Part shown: positions 10,025 through 22,900 of the stretch, in pieces
How the letters are laid out: each line of letters begins with the position of its first letter
How positions within the stretch are numbered: the first letter of the stretch is position 1
NCBI GenBank assembly: GCA_046881825.1
Contig: JBKSMS010000010.1
Span: 12,924 to 76,923, forward strand
DNA from: Alphaproteobacteria bacterium
GTDB lineage: Bacteria; Pseudomonadota; Alphaproteobacteria; Rs-D84
Direction of reading: 5' to 3'
Length of the DNA stretch: 64,000 nt
Position numbers and translations under genes: made by a program
Notes under the pieces: generated by a model
The model's input: only the letters and a program-made list of their open reading frames with translations
Told to the model about the DNA's origin: nothing
Databases searched by the model: none

Positions 10025-11650
10025 ATGCTGAATACAGATAATAATTTTAAAAATGTTAGAGAATTGTCTGTACCTGCTGGTTTGGACAAAGCTACCAGCA
10101 AGGAAATATTAGATTATTTATTTGCGAAAAATAACAAGCTGTTGACGGCATATTCTGGCGAATTAGCTTTGCCAAAAGATACACAAAATTTAATCGCATA
10201 TTTTTCTGGTGGTGAAATCATTATATCGCGGACACATCAATATGATGGTCGTGTCTTAGCATTTTTAGATTTGTTAAATCAAAAAAAACTTGTTGTTAAA
10301 GAGCCTTATTATTCTGATTTAGGTTTGATTTCAAACATATATAAAAGTAATGATGAAAGATTGGGCAATGATATTCGTTCGCGTACAGAATACGACAACC
10401 AGATGCAGAAAGATTTTGTCGATATTATTGCACGCGCAGCTGCGCAAAAGGTTTCTGATATACATATAGAAGTGGCAGATCAAACAACAATTTATTTTCG
10501 TATTGATGGCAGTATGCAACCAGTATTGGAATATAATTCACAATGGGGCGAATCTTTTGTTAGAGCTGCGTTTGCTTCTGCTGATATTTCTAATTCAAGT
10601 TATTCACAAAATGAATATCAAACCGCTCAAAAAGATGGACGCACACCATTGCGTGGAACCAAAGATTTATATTTGCCGGCTGGGGTTTTAGGTATAAGAA
10701 TGCAATTCAATCCTATTGCATTTGGTTCGCAATATGTTGTTATGCGTCTTTTGTATGACAACCCAAGTCAGGGCGTTAAACTGGAACAAGAATTTACTGA
10801 ATATGAACAGAAATTATTGATGCGTCTGCGTTCTGCACCGACTGGTTTAGTAATTGTTGCGGGACCAACTTCGTCTGGTAAATCTACAACACTTGTTCAT
10901 AATATGGCGTTGATGTTGAAAGAAAGACGATATGAAATCAATCTTATAACTGTGGAAGACCCTGCAGAACAAAAGATTTTTGGTGCGCATCAAATGCCTG
11001 TTGTTAATGCTGTGAACGAAGAACAAAGAGAAGAAAAATTTACAGAAGCTTTAGCTGCGGCATTACGCAGTGACCCTGATACATTGATGGTCGGTGAAAT
11101 AAGAACTTTGTCTGCGGCACAATTAACGGTAAAGGGTGCGCTTTCTGGACATAATGTTTGGACAACTTTGCATGCTAATTCTGCGATGGGTGCGTTAATG
11201 CGTTTGTTGGATATGGGTATCGAAGCATTTAAATTAAAAGATGAAACGATGATACGTGGTTTGATATCGATGAGATTATTTAAAAAACTATGTCCACATT
11301 GTCGTGAAAAACTGTCTGAAAAACATGAACATCCAGCATATAATCGTGTCAAAGATGCGTTCGGTGATTTGGGATTAAAGCAGGTTTTTGTCCGCGGGAC
11401 AGGGTGCGAATATTGTAATGGGACGGGAAATATTGGTCGTATCAAAGCTGGTGAAATTATCATGACAAACAGTGAATTTTTAAATTTTGCATTAGGTGGG
11501 GAAACCGAAGCTGCGTTGAAATATTGGTTGGAAAAAATGAACGGGCGCACATTAAAAGAAGCTGCCATAGAATTGATGTTGCGTGGAATTATTGGTGTGG
11601 ATGAACTGGAACGTTGGGTTGGTATGTTAGACAGACCATGGGTGTATTAA
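10025..11650 (+). CDS. Type II/IV secretion system ATPase (GspE/PilB/BfpD/PilQ(R64) family). The track start is a TTG at 10010.
   Basis: Walker A AGPTSSGKSTT, the Asp box/Walker B motif MVGEIR and His box, and the tetracysteine CPHC...C.YCNGTG. Confidence 0.85.
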   Translation: MLNTDNNFKNVRELSVPAGLDKATSKEILDYLFAKNNKLLTAYSGELALPKDTQNLIAYFSGGEIIISRTHQYDGRVLAFLDLLNQKKLVVKEPYYSDLGLISNIYKSNDERLGNDIRSRTEYDNQMQKDFVDIIARAAAQKVSDIHIEVADQTTIYFRIDGSMQPVLEYNSQWGESFVRAAFASADISNSSYSQNEYQTAQKDGRTPLRGTKDLYLPAGVLGIRMQFNPIAFGSQYVVMRLLYDNPSQGVKLEQEFTEYEQKLLMRLRSAPTGLVIVAGPTSSGKSTTLVHNMALMLKERRYEINLITVEDPAEQKIFGAHQMPVVNAVNEEQREEKFTEALAAALRSDPDTLMVGEIRTLSAAQLTVKGALSGHNVWTTLHANSAMGALMRLLDMGIEAFKLKDETMIRGLISMRLFKKLCPHCREKLSEKHEHPAYNRVKDAFGDLGLKQVFVRGTGCEYCNGTGNIGRIKAGEIIMTNSEFLNFALGGETEAALKYWLEKMNGRTLKEAAIELMLRGIIGVDELERWVGMLDRPWVY

Positions 11651-11654
11651 AATC

Positions 11655-12725
11655 ATGAATAGACTAGAATTACTTTATGCAAAATTCGTTTTCAAAATGG
11701 ACACTAACAAGCGCATGGCTATTTCGCGCAAGGTGGCATCATTATTGCGTAATAATTTTACTTTGATGGATGCTTTGCACAGAATAGAAATGATTGAATC
11801 GCAAAATGGTCGCAAGCCAAATGAACCTTTTGCCATAGCAATGCGTGATATTCAACAAAACCTTGAATGCGGTATGACTTTTGCCCAGGCTACTTATGAT
11901 TGGGTTCCGCGTGAAGAGACATTGTTATTAATTTCGGGCAGTGTGTCTAGTCTTTTGATATCTTTGGAAAACATTGGACGCATAGTTGGTGGAATAAATC
12001 GTATTAAACGTGCAATGTGGTCTGCGGTCATTTATCCATTGTTTTTGTTTGTGTTGACTGTGGCGATAATAATAATGGTTGGTTTGTATCTGGTTCCGCC
12101 ATTAACCGAAGCAGCCGGTTCTAATGTTGTTTGGCGTGGCAGTGCAGCATCATTAGTTTGGGTGTCTGGGGTTGCTAGGGAATATTGGCATGTGTTGGCT
12201 GGTGGATTTGCAATATTAATCTTTTTGATATGGTCGTCTTTGCCAGTGTGGACTGGGAAACTTAGAACACTGTTTGATAAATTGCCACCATGGAATACTT
12301 ATAAATTGCAATTGTCTGTCAGTTGGTTGATGTCATTATCTGCGATGGTGTCTGCGGGTGTTTCTGTGCCTGACGCGATGAGGTTATTATCAGATTATTC
12401 TAATCGTTATTTGTCTGATATTTTGGAATCAGCATTGCATTATATCGCAAACGGTGAAAATTTGGGTAATGCGCTGGCGGCGACCGGCAAAGAATTCCCA
12501 AGTCCTGAAATCATAGGTGATTTGATAATTTATTCTGATATGAACGATTTTGCAAAAAATGTAAATCAAATTGCTAATGATTATATGGAAGAATCTGTTC
12601 GAAAAATGGAAAGTATATCCAGTGTATTAAACAGTATTGGTATTATTCTTGTATCCATAATAATTGGTTGGATTGTTATGGGGACTTTCCAAATGCAAGA
12701 ACAAATCACAGCTGTGTTGATGTAG
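11655..12725 (+). CDS. Polytopic inner-membrane platform protein (GspF/PilC/BfpE/PilR(R64) family)
   Basis: 356 aa with three hydrophobic blocks and the typical size. It lies immediately downstream of the ATPase. Confidence 0.7.
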   Translation: MNRLELLYAKFVFKMDTNKRMAISRKVASLLRNNFTLMDALHRIEMIESQNGRKPNEPFAIAMRDIQQNLECGMTFAQATYDWVPREETLLLISGSVSSLLISLENIGRIVGGINRIKRAMWSAVIYPLFLFVLTVAIIIMVGLYLVPPLTEAAGSNVVWRGSAASLVWVSGVAREYWHVLAGGFAILIFLIWSSLPVWTGKLRTLFDKLPPWNTYKLQLSVSWLMSLSAMVSAGVSVPDAMRLLSDYSNRYLSDILESALHYIANGENLGNALAATGKEFPSPEIIGDLIIYSDMNDFAKNVNQIANDYMEESVRKMESISSVLNSIGIILVSIIIGWIVMGTFQMQEQITAVLM

Positions 12726-12730
12726 TATTA

Positions 12731-13123
12731 TTACGAATGGTTGTGTAATTTCCATGCTTTGTCTTTAAAAATATCTATCGCAGTTTGGAACCAAAAATCA
12801 CGAATGTTTTTTGCACATAATTCGCGTGCAAAAGAATTATAAATTTTTGGGTTTATAAATAAATCATCACAAAAGAATAAATTTATTTTTTTCCAATCCC
12901 CTGGGATTTTTGTGGATAAAAAATTATCGGTATTTTTAGATTGGTTCATAAAGAACGCTTTGGTTGAAGTAAAAAAATACATGTTTCTTGGTGTATCAAT
13001 TAAACCCGAACGCGATACAATAAAAAATTGTAAATCAGATAAATCTATGGTGTCAAAAGTTTGTTTGTTAATTTTATGAAAAATAACATTTCGTATGCAA
13101 ATTGTATTGGTTTGTCGTTTCAT
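12731..13123 (-). CDS. Hypothetical protein
   Basis: 130-aa ORF with no recognisable motifs. Confidence 0.35.
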   Translation of the reverse strand: MKRQTNTICIRNVIFHKINKQTFDTIDLSDLQFFIVSRSGLIDTPRNMYFFTSTKAFFMNQSKNTDNFLSTKIPGDWKKINLFFCDDLFINPKIYNSFARELCAKNIRDFWFQTAIDIFKDKAWKLHNHS

Positions 13124-13144
13124 GTTTTACCCCATTATTAAAAA

Positions 13145-13395
13145 CAAAGACCGTCATAAAACATGGCGGTCGGGGAGTTCATAAATCATACAGACTTGAT
13201 TCCGCGGTCTTTGGGTTGTCCCTGTTTTATAACCGACGGCTCCCCGACCTTACAGTCGGGCGAGCTGACGGTGCTTTAGCACCGGTCTGTATAAGGACTT
13301 ATGACAGTCCCAAACCCAAAATCCATTTGGATTCTGCTGTTATTATAACCATAAATGTCCAAAATTGCAAATCGTAAAATACACTTAAAAGAATT
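13145..13395. other. GC-rich, highly structured intergenic element (about 50% GC against about 32% background). Candidate small or structured RNA; strand undetermined.
   Basis: Several strong inverted repeats are seen directly: gaccgtca/tggcggtc, gtcggggag...ctccccgac, and gacggtgc-ttta-gcaccggtc. It is flanked by a terminator. Confidence 0.3.
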
Positions 13396-13428
13396 GCCCC
13401 AATTATAATAAAAGATGGGGCTTTTTTC
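13396..13428. terminator. Terminator hairpin (bidirectional). A perfect T-run on the plus strand; it also closes the minus-strand gene that ends at 13430.
   Basis: gcccc-N16-ggggc followed by TTTTTTCTTT. Confidence 0.5.
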
Positions 13429-13429
13429 T

Positions 13430-13999
13430 TTATACCATAAATGGCAGGTTTTCCAAAGTTCCTTCGGTCACGCGGACATTTACATCAATCAGCATAAATA
13501 CTGCGTCTGTTGATTTTTGCGGATTTTTAGTAAACGCATTTGGCGCCAGCAAGTGGCTGGTGTTCACAGTCAACTTTGTAACCAAATGGTCATCGTCCAA
13601 TAATGTATAAATCGGTCCAATATCGCGTGGTGTATTTTGTCCAATTTCGTGTTCGTTTTGTGGGCAACGCAAACCGTCCAAAATCGTTTTAACCCGGTTA
13701 TCTATATCAGAATGTGGAACACCCACGATTTCTGGGTGCATCAGCAAAATATCCAATTCTGCAATCATTTTTAAATTCGGTGTAATAATAGGGTTCCAAT
13801 CTATACCACCAATATGACGAGTTATAATAGGGCTTTTTTTTGCATCTGGCATCATGAATTTAGTCAAATTATCCCATGGTTTCAGAGTCACCAATTTTTT
13901 CAATTGTGGGTGGAATTGCATACGGATATCAGCAATATGTTGTGCCCGTTTCTTTGGATTTGTCAATATATCGCCATAGTATAATAATTTAAATTTCAT
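13430..13999 (-). CDS. Hypothetical protein
   Basis: 189-aa ORF. Confidence 0.45.
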   Translation of the reverse strand: MKFKLLYYGDILTNPKKRAQHIADIRMQFHPQLKKLVTLKPWDNLTKFMMPDAKKSPIITRHIGGIDWNPIITPNLKMIAELDILLMHPEIVGVPHSDIDNRVKTILDGLRCPQNEHEIGQNTPRDIGPIYTLLDDDHLVTKLTVNTSHLLAPNAFTKNPQKSTDAVFMLIDVNVRVTEGTLENLPFMV

Positions 14000-14095
14000 G
14001 GTTTAGCCCTTTTGTTTGTTAGATTTTTGTCATTTTCTCTTGATAATTATACCATAAATTGCTATGGTTTGAACAGCAAAAAGAAAGGATTTTAA

Positions 14096-16495
<2,400 letters not shown>

Positions 16496-16506
16496 AGAGA
16501 TCTATT

Positions 16507-16995
16507 ATGATAAATAAAATTGAAGAATATAAGTTATTAAAATATATAAAAAAAAACTTGGATGAATATTCAAAGCTTGTTGATGATTTTGCAAAAAATC
16601 ATGCTTTGGATAAATTGCCGTTCATTGCTTACAAAAGTTGGGTTGATGTATTAAATGGTTATATTCGCATGATTGACGAAGACAAAAGACAAAAGATAGT
16701 TAAAGCTTTGGAAGTGCCAATATATGGTATAAAACAACGTTTTGCGGATGAAACCGTTCAAAAGGGCGCAATAAAAGAGATGCAACAGGTCATAAATTCT
16801 TATCTTAAAGATATGGAAAAAGAATTGGATATTAAACCAGAACAAATAAAAGAAGCTGGGGTTAAAAAGAAGACGAACACTCTTAAAGATGCAGTTGAAA
16901 AAGTTTTGGATAAATATGAAGAAGATAAAAAAACAGCAAAGCAAAACAAAGAAAAAAAACTGTTAAAGGATATTTTTGGAAATATTAATAATTAA
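16507..16995 (+). CDS. Hypothetical K/E-rich protein
   Basis: 162-aa ORF, tightly packed after gyrB. Confidence 0.45.
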   Translation: MINKIEEYKLLKYIKKNLDEYSKLVDDFAKNHALDKLPFIAYKSWVDVLNGYIRMIDEDKRQKIVKALEVPIYGIKQRFADETVQKGAIKEMQQVINSYLKDMEKELDIKPEQIKEAGVKKKTNTLKDAVEKVLDKYEEDKKTAKQNKEKKLLKDIFGNINN

Positions 16996-17012
16996 ATAAA
17001 CCAAAGGATAAG

Positions 17013-17267
17013 ATGTCGAAAAATGTTGTTGATAAATCGGGGGATATTCACAACAATGTTTTGTTGCAGGATTTTTATCGGCCAAAAAAAGAATTATCAA
17101 ATCAATATTATTCGACTGTGAATCCAGAAAAACTTGCAAAGTTAAACGAATTAGAAAAAGCGCGGGAAAAAATAAAACAAGAAATTATCGCTGCTGATAA
17201 ATCAACTGATAATTCTGTTCTTTATGCTGCGTTGGTAAATTTTAAAAAGGAAAATAAAAATGGATAA
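17013..17267 (+). CDS. Hypothetical small protein (C-terminus ...KENKNG), overlapping the downstream gene
   Basis: 84-aa ORF. Its stop overlaps the start of the next gene (ATGGATAAA). Confidence 0.35.
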   Translation: MSKNVVDKSGDIHNNVLLQDFYRPKKELSNQYYSTVNPEKLAKLNELEKAREKIKQEIIAADKSTDNSVLYAALVNFKKENKNG

Positions 17268-17931
17268 ACATAGGTTTAACAGCGCTACTTTGAAACTAAA
17301 AGCACAAAACAGAATATCTGTGTGGGCTGGCGATAACAGTGTTGTAAATAATGCTTGCTTACCCAAAATGCCAAATCCATTTTGTATGATTATAACAGAA
17401 GATGTTTATGATACTTTGAGTGTGGTTGGTAATGTGACAGATAATTATGTTTTTGAGATACCTTTTGTTTTAACAGGGTATTTCGATAAAGAAAATCAGC
17501 AGTTTATAATAGATGATGGTTTGGTACACCATAATTCTGAAAGTGACAGGCTAGAAGCTGTTGCTAGTAATGAAATGAACAAATATGCGAGTGATTTTAT
17601 AAAATCTGCGAAAGTGCAAGAAAATAAAGTTATCGCGTTTGGTCATACCCATCCACGTGTTGGTGGATATTATTTGAATTTTTCATGGGGCGATATCAAA
17701 GCTTATATAGATGCGTATGAACAAAACAGAAATCTTTTCGACAATCATAATATATCAATGTTGGCGTGTTTGATTACTGGGGGTAATTTTAATTTCTTGT
17801 TTTGCAACAAAGAAGATACATACAGGTTTGATAATGTTTTTGTTCAAAAGAAAAATGGGGATTTGATAAAATTGCCGGCTTTTGGGCCAGATGTTTCTAT
17901 GGTAAATAATCGGCAAACCAAGGTTCGGTAA
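17260..17931 (+). CDS. Hypothetical protein with a possible JAB/MPN (JAMM) metalloprotease motif
   Basis: AFGHTHPRVGGYYLNFSWGD fits H-x-H-x(10)-S-x2-D. This is a weak motif-level call. Confidence 0.35.
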   Translation: MDKHRFNSATLKLKAQNRISVWAGDNSVVNNACLPKMPNPFCMIITEDVYDTLSVVGNVTDNYVFEIPFVLTGYFDKENQQFIIDDGLVHHNSESDRLEAVASNEMNKYASDFIKSAKVQENKVIAFGHTHPRVGGYYLNFSWGDIKAYIDAYEQNRNLFDNHNISMLACLITGGNFNFLFCNKEDTYRFDNVFVQKKNGDLIKLPAFGPDVSMVNNRQTKVR

Positions 17932-17932
17932 T

Positions 17933-18598
17933 ATGTTTGATTCAAATTGGTTTTTTGATTTGGAATCACAACTTCGTGAAATGGGATTGGATAGTGATGA
18001 TAAATCTTTTGATGAAATAAAACAAAACTTATCAAATCCGAAAAAATTATCACCTGATGAATTTGCGTCTGCTGTTTTTTATGTAATTTTGGCTGGTGGA
18101 TTTTCACAAAAAACCGCAAAAAAAATCCATGAAATCATAATACAAAAAATGCCAGAAAACCCAGGCACAGAAGATTTATTAAAAATATTTAATAACAAAA
18201 ATAAAATAAATGCTATTTGTAAAATTTGGAACAACAGACAAAATTTTTGTGACGGATTTTATGCGTGTAAAAATTTAAATGAAAAATTATCGTATCTTCA
18301 AAAATTGCCACATATTGGAAAAATAACAGCAAATCATTTGGCACGAAATTTGGGTGAAAATATTGTTAAATATGATATTTGGATACAAAGGCTTGGTGTT
18401 CTGTACGGCAGAAATCCTGCGTTAGCGCAAAAAATAGATAACGGAAAATTGAATACAGAAATAAAAAAATGTTGCGATGATATGTTTGAAAAATTATCGC
18501 GTGAAACAGGTTTGCCAATTGGATATATTGATGTTGTGCTTTGGAAAAGCTCTCAAAACGGGTTGATAAAGGAATTAAAAAATGGATGTCAAAATTGA
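17933..18598 (+). CDS. Helix-hairpin-helix (HhH-GPD-like) DNA glycosylase-family protein, putative
   Basis: LPHIGKITANHLARNLG resembles the HhH LPGIG motif. It sits adjacent to ung. Confidence 0.4.
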   Translation: MFDSNWFFDLESQLREMGLDSDDKSFDEIKQNLSNPKKLSPDEFASAVFYVILAGGFSQKTAKKIHEIIIQKMPENPGTEDLLKIFNNKNKINAICKIWNNRQNFCDGFYACKNLNEKLSYLQKLPHIGKITANHLARNLGENIVKYDIWIQRLGVLYGRNPALAQKIDNGKLNTEIKKCCDDMFEKLSRETGLPIGYIDVVLWKSSQNGLIKELKNGCQN

Positions 18599-19247
18599 AC
18601 AATCTTGGAAAGATGTTTTAAAGAATGAATTTGAAAAAGATTATTTCAAAAAACTAACTGATTTTGTGCGCGGCGAATATTTGTCTGGAAAAACAATTTA
18701 TCCGGAACCTAAAAATATTTTTAATGCATTTAATTTATGTCCACTTGATAAAGTAAAGGTTGTTATTATTGGGCAAGACCCATATCATGAACCAGGGCAA
18801 GCACATGGGCTTTGTTTTTCTGTACAAAGCGGGACGGAATTACCACCATCTTTGATAAATATTTACAAAGAAATTGAATCTGATTTAGGACATAAAAGTA
18901 TTACAAATGGTGATTTGACAACCTGGGCAGAACAGGGTGTTTTATTACTTAATGCAACATTGACTGTGCGGGCGCATGTGGCTGCTTCACATAGTGGAAT
19001 GGGATGGGAAGCTTTTACTGATTCTGTGATAAAAACCGTTGCACAAAATCGTAAAAATGTAGTCTATATGCTGTGGGGGGCTTTTGCACAAAAGAAAGCA
19101 GAATTTCTCGATGTGGCGAATAATTTAATTTTAAAAAGCGCACATCCGTCACCGCTTTCGGCATATCGCGGATTTTTTGGAAATCATCATTTTTCACGTG
19201 CTAATGAATATTTGGTTAAAACAGGGCAGACACCAATAAATTGGTAA
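18582..19247 (+). CDS. ung: Uracil-DNA glycosylase
   Basis: GQDPYH water-activating loop, HPSPLS and the size of 221 aa. Confidence 0.9.
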   Translation: MDVKIEQSWKDVLKNEFEKDYFKKLTDFVRGEYLSGKTIYPEPKNIFNAFNLCPLDKVKVVIIGQDPYHEPGQAHGLCFSVQSGTELPPSLINIYKEIESDLGHKSITNGDLTTWAEQGVLLLNATLTVRAHVAASHSGMGWEAFTDSVIKTVAQNRKNVVYMLWGAFAQKKAEFLDVANNLILKSAHPSPLSAYRGFFGNHHFSRANEYLVKTGQTPINW

Positions 19248-19823
19248 TTAATAATTGTATGTAAAGCCCAAACCATAAAACGCATAAGAATTATTTTCTT
19301 CGGCTGTGTTGGCATTAGAAAAGTGTTGTATAAATAATTCTGCCGCCCATTTGTCGTTAAAGTTATAGCCAAATGTGACTTTGAATTCAAAAATCAATTT
19401 TGCACCAAGACGTTTGTTTTCTTGTGCCTGCAGACCAACGCCCGCGCCAAGTCCAGCATAAAGACGTTCGTATCTAAACAAAGCGATATCTTCGGTTACA
19501 TAAGCCATTGGAATTGTAAAATCTTGCCATTTCCAACCATATTTTTCATCCAACCCCAATGTCATAGAAACATTTAATGAACGACGCGCGGGGATTCTAA
19601 AAAAAGTTGTTGGTTGAGAATATTGTATTGTGCCAATATAAAATGGCACAGGTCGAACAGGTGGTGGTAATAAAATTCCGGTATCAAAGCCCTGACCAAT
19701 ACCAAAGGCAACCTGTTGTTGATAAGTCCCCATGAACGGGTTTTCTTCGGGCAAGATGCAAGAATCTGCCATAGCAAGATTCGGCAAAACAAGCGCAAAT
19801 AAAACGGCTAGTGTTTTTTTCAT
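19248..19823 (-). CDS. Small outer-membrane beta-barrel protein (OmpW/PagL-size class). The likely start is at MKKTLAV.
   Basis: Signal peptide MKKTLAVLFALVLPNLAMA, then an alternating hydrophobic beta-pattern with an aromatic-rich C-terminus. Confidence 0.55.
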   Translation of the reverse strand: MKKTLAVLFALVLPNLAMADSCILPEENPFMGTYQQQVAFGIGQGFDTGILLPPPVRPVPFYIGTIQYSQPTTFFRIPARRSLNVSMTLGLDEKYGWKWQDFTIPMAYVTEDIALFRYERLYAGLGAGVGLQAQENKRLGAKLIFEFKVTFGYNFNDKWAAELFIQHFSNANTAEENNSYAFYGLGFTYNY

Positions 19824-19999
19824 AAACACTATTATATCACAAAACATGTAATAAAACTAATTATTTTTCCATCTTTTTGGAAACGTAAGGATATGTTGAT
19901 AAATACTGGAAAAAAAGGTATAATAAATAACGACAAAATTATAGGTTTTTAACCAAGGTCAAATTTTAATGCACGAAAAGGAAAAAAAGGATAGTTTTT

Positions 20000-22900
20000 A
20001 TGAATAAAGTATATGGTAAATCTGACTTGCAGGAAATATTGGATTTGTATGCAAATCAGGACTCTCGTGATGAGGCAATTGCACGTGCAGAACAATTGTT
20101 GAAAGATTTCGTAAATGAAGATGTAGATATCGAACAATCGGCGCTGGAAGAATTTCAGAAAATAATAGAAACATTTGGAATAACGACCAATGATGCTGGG
20201 GAACAAGTATTCACAGAACTTGGCGCACAAGCAGCGGCACGATTCCAAACAATAATTGATTCTTTGGAAAACGCAGAAAATGCGGTAGATTCGGATCGTA
20301 TTTTTTCTTTGACATCAGACCAGAATCAAATCAAGTTTGACTTGGTTACTTTGAATGTATACAAAGATATGGGATTGGTTGATGCATCGGTTGATCCTGC
20401 AAATATGACACCAAGACAAGTTGCAGAAACGATAAATGGTATCGAACTGACAGATAAAGAACGCAACGAATACGCGAACAAGTTTATTGATAACATCATT
20501 GGTAATGCAGAATTATTTGAGATAACACCGCCAAAGATATTGGCTGATGCATATACGTTCATAAGGGAACAATTGGCAGCCAACCCAAATGATAAAGATC
20601 TGGCTGATCGTTTTACAACATTGGCAAAACGTATCGATTATTTGATAAAAAACTTTGCTTCGAGGGTTGATTATTTTTATTCAGATCCATCAAACATCGC
20701 CGATGTTTATGCTGGATATCGCAAAATGTGTGATATTCGCAGCAAAGATTTGAAAGCAGCACAAGGTGACAACGAAAGCACAAAAAAATACAAAGAAGAA
20801 ATCAAAAAATCTGTTGATGAAACAAAGGCACGATTGGAAGAAATTGTTGCCATGTATTCCGATATGTGGAATTTGAAAGATTTGAAACCAGAAGATGCTT
20901 CAACGCTTGATGCACGCTGGAAAGAAATATCGGAAAAATTGAAAGATGTTGAACTGACAGACGATGTGTTGGCAACGTTAGCAAAATATGAATTCTTGGA
21001 CGAGAACGGCAATCCGATGCCACAATTTATTGATGCGGACGGCAAGCCACAAAAAGATTTTCAACCTGGTTATAAATTAAACCCAGACGGCAGATTGAAT
21101 CGCATTATATCGTTGGCAAAGAATGATGTTACTATGCGGAATGTTGGCGATTTAGAACACGATGTCAAAGACATTGATTTGACAGCCGCATTGTTTGACA
21201 GGGTTCCTTGGAAAGTGGCGGAAATATCCATTCCAGACCAGGTTATTTCAGGAATAGAAAGCAAACCGTCCACAATGATGACACAACAAGATGTTGATGC
21301 TTTTTGGGATAGTTTAGAAAAAGACGGCGGTAACATTTCTGATCAAGGATACCAAGCAGCATTGGATGCACAAGTTAACCAGGCAGCAGGTTTCGCTGGG
21401 TTAATGGCAGAAAAAGTTGGGCCAGACAAACCAATTGTTATGCGGCCATTTGAGGCTGTTGAAGATATAGATAAATTGGCAAGCACAAGATCCGAAAAAA
21501 CTGGTGCGGCAGAACGTAAACAGAAAGTAGGATTCTTCAAACGTATGGCTAAGAATTTCGGTGCAGCGGCAGTTATGTCCGCAGGGCTGACGTTTATTGG
21601 AAAAGCAACAGGTGTTGCTTATGCCGGGGCTGCAGTTGGAACTGCAATCGGTATCGGCAATATGATTATCCAAGGATTCAAGTGGCGCAAAGAGCAAAAG
21701 AAAGCAGGAAAACCGCATGGATTGAAAGCATTCTTTTCAGATAAACGCAATTGGGGACCGGCAGTAGCATCTGGTCTTGGTGTTGCAGCAGTTATTAGCA
21801 TGGCAACAGGAAACCCAGAATTGGCAGCAGGATTTGGTATTGGTGCAATGGCTGTTGGCGGTGGATCTGCGGCAAAGATGGTTTATGATGATGCGCTGAA
21901 CGCCGGTTATACCAAAGGTCAAGCATTGGCCGGTGCAATCGGGGTTGCCGGGGCAACAATTGCTGGTGGATTGGCGGGACGTGCCGCAATGAACGGTGTC
22001 ATCAGTTATGTGAATAACAACACCGAGAGCAATTTATTCAAAACAGAACACACGACAACAAGTGAACACCAAACAGGGACAGAACGTGTATATGACGATG
22101 GTGTGATTAAACATCACGAAGATATGATGTTGAAGAATCACTGGGAAACACCACAATCACTGGATGCGCGTATTGATGGTTTGATGGATGCAGGATTGTC
22201 ACACGATGATGCGATGCGTTATTTGTTGGCGTGGCACGATGCAACAGATCACAATTTAGGACCTGGATATTTTAACAATATTGGCATGAGTCCGGATGCT
22301 TTGGCGGCATTACGTGGATCAATTGATGGGACAAGCATACACTTGACCCCAGAATCAATGGCCGCATTTGAGCATTTTAATCCGCATATTTCTGCAACAA
22401 ACACCGTTGGATATATGCCAGGTGCACCAGTCAGTTATGATTTGCCGGCAAATGCCACATACGATGCTAACGGCGTTTTGATACCAGGGAATGATGTATA
22501 TTCAACATATGTGGAACATGGAGGCCAAGTATTTTCTGATATACCTGTTATGACCACAGAAACAAACAGCGTATTTACACCAAACGAATTGGCGTTCCCT
22601 GCAGGCATAGGCACAGTGGGGATTTATGAACCACGAGTAGTTCCCGCACAATATCTGAATCGTATGCGTGAACGCGCAAGTGCGCTGGCAGATCGTAGTA
22701 CCAAGATTGTTCCGCCATCAAATGAGAACGGCAATGGCGAAAACACACCGGGCGGTAATACACCACCAAGTGGAAATACCCCAGAAGGGATAACTCCGCC
22801 AACTGGTAACACACCGGGTGGAAACACGCCACCGACAGGAAATACACCAGGGGGTAACACACCACCAACTGGCAATACGCCAGGGGGCAATACCGGTAAT

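Noticed and set aside
13102-13377. 91-aa ORF over the GC-rich structured intergenic element
   Set aside because: It overlaps the start of the minus-strand gene and consists of palindromic, GC-rich sequence. A structural element is more plausible than a coding sequence.
16549-16557. A9 homopolymer inside ORF 16507..16995 was considered as a slippage site
   Set aside because: Poly-A/T runs are abundant in genomes this AT-rich and are usually tolerated. It is much less diagnostic than the G8 tract in the methyltransferase gene.
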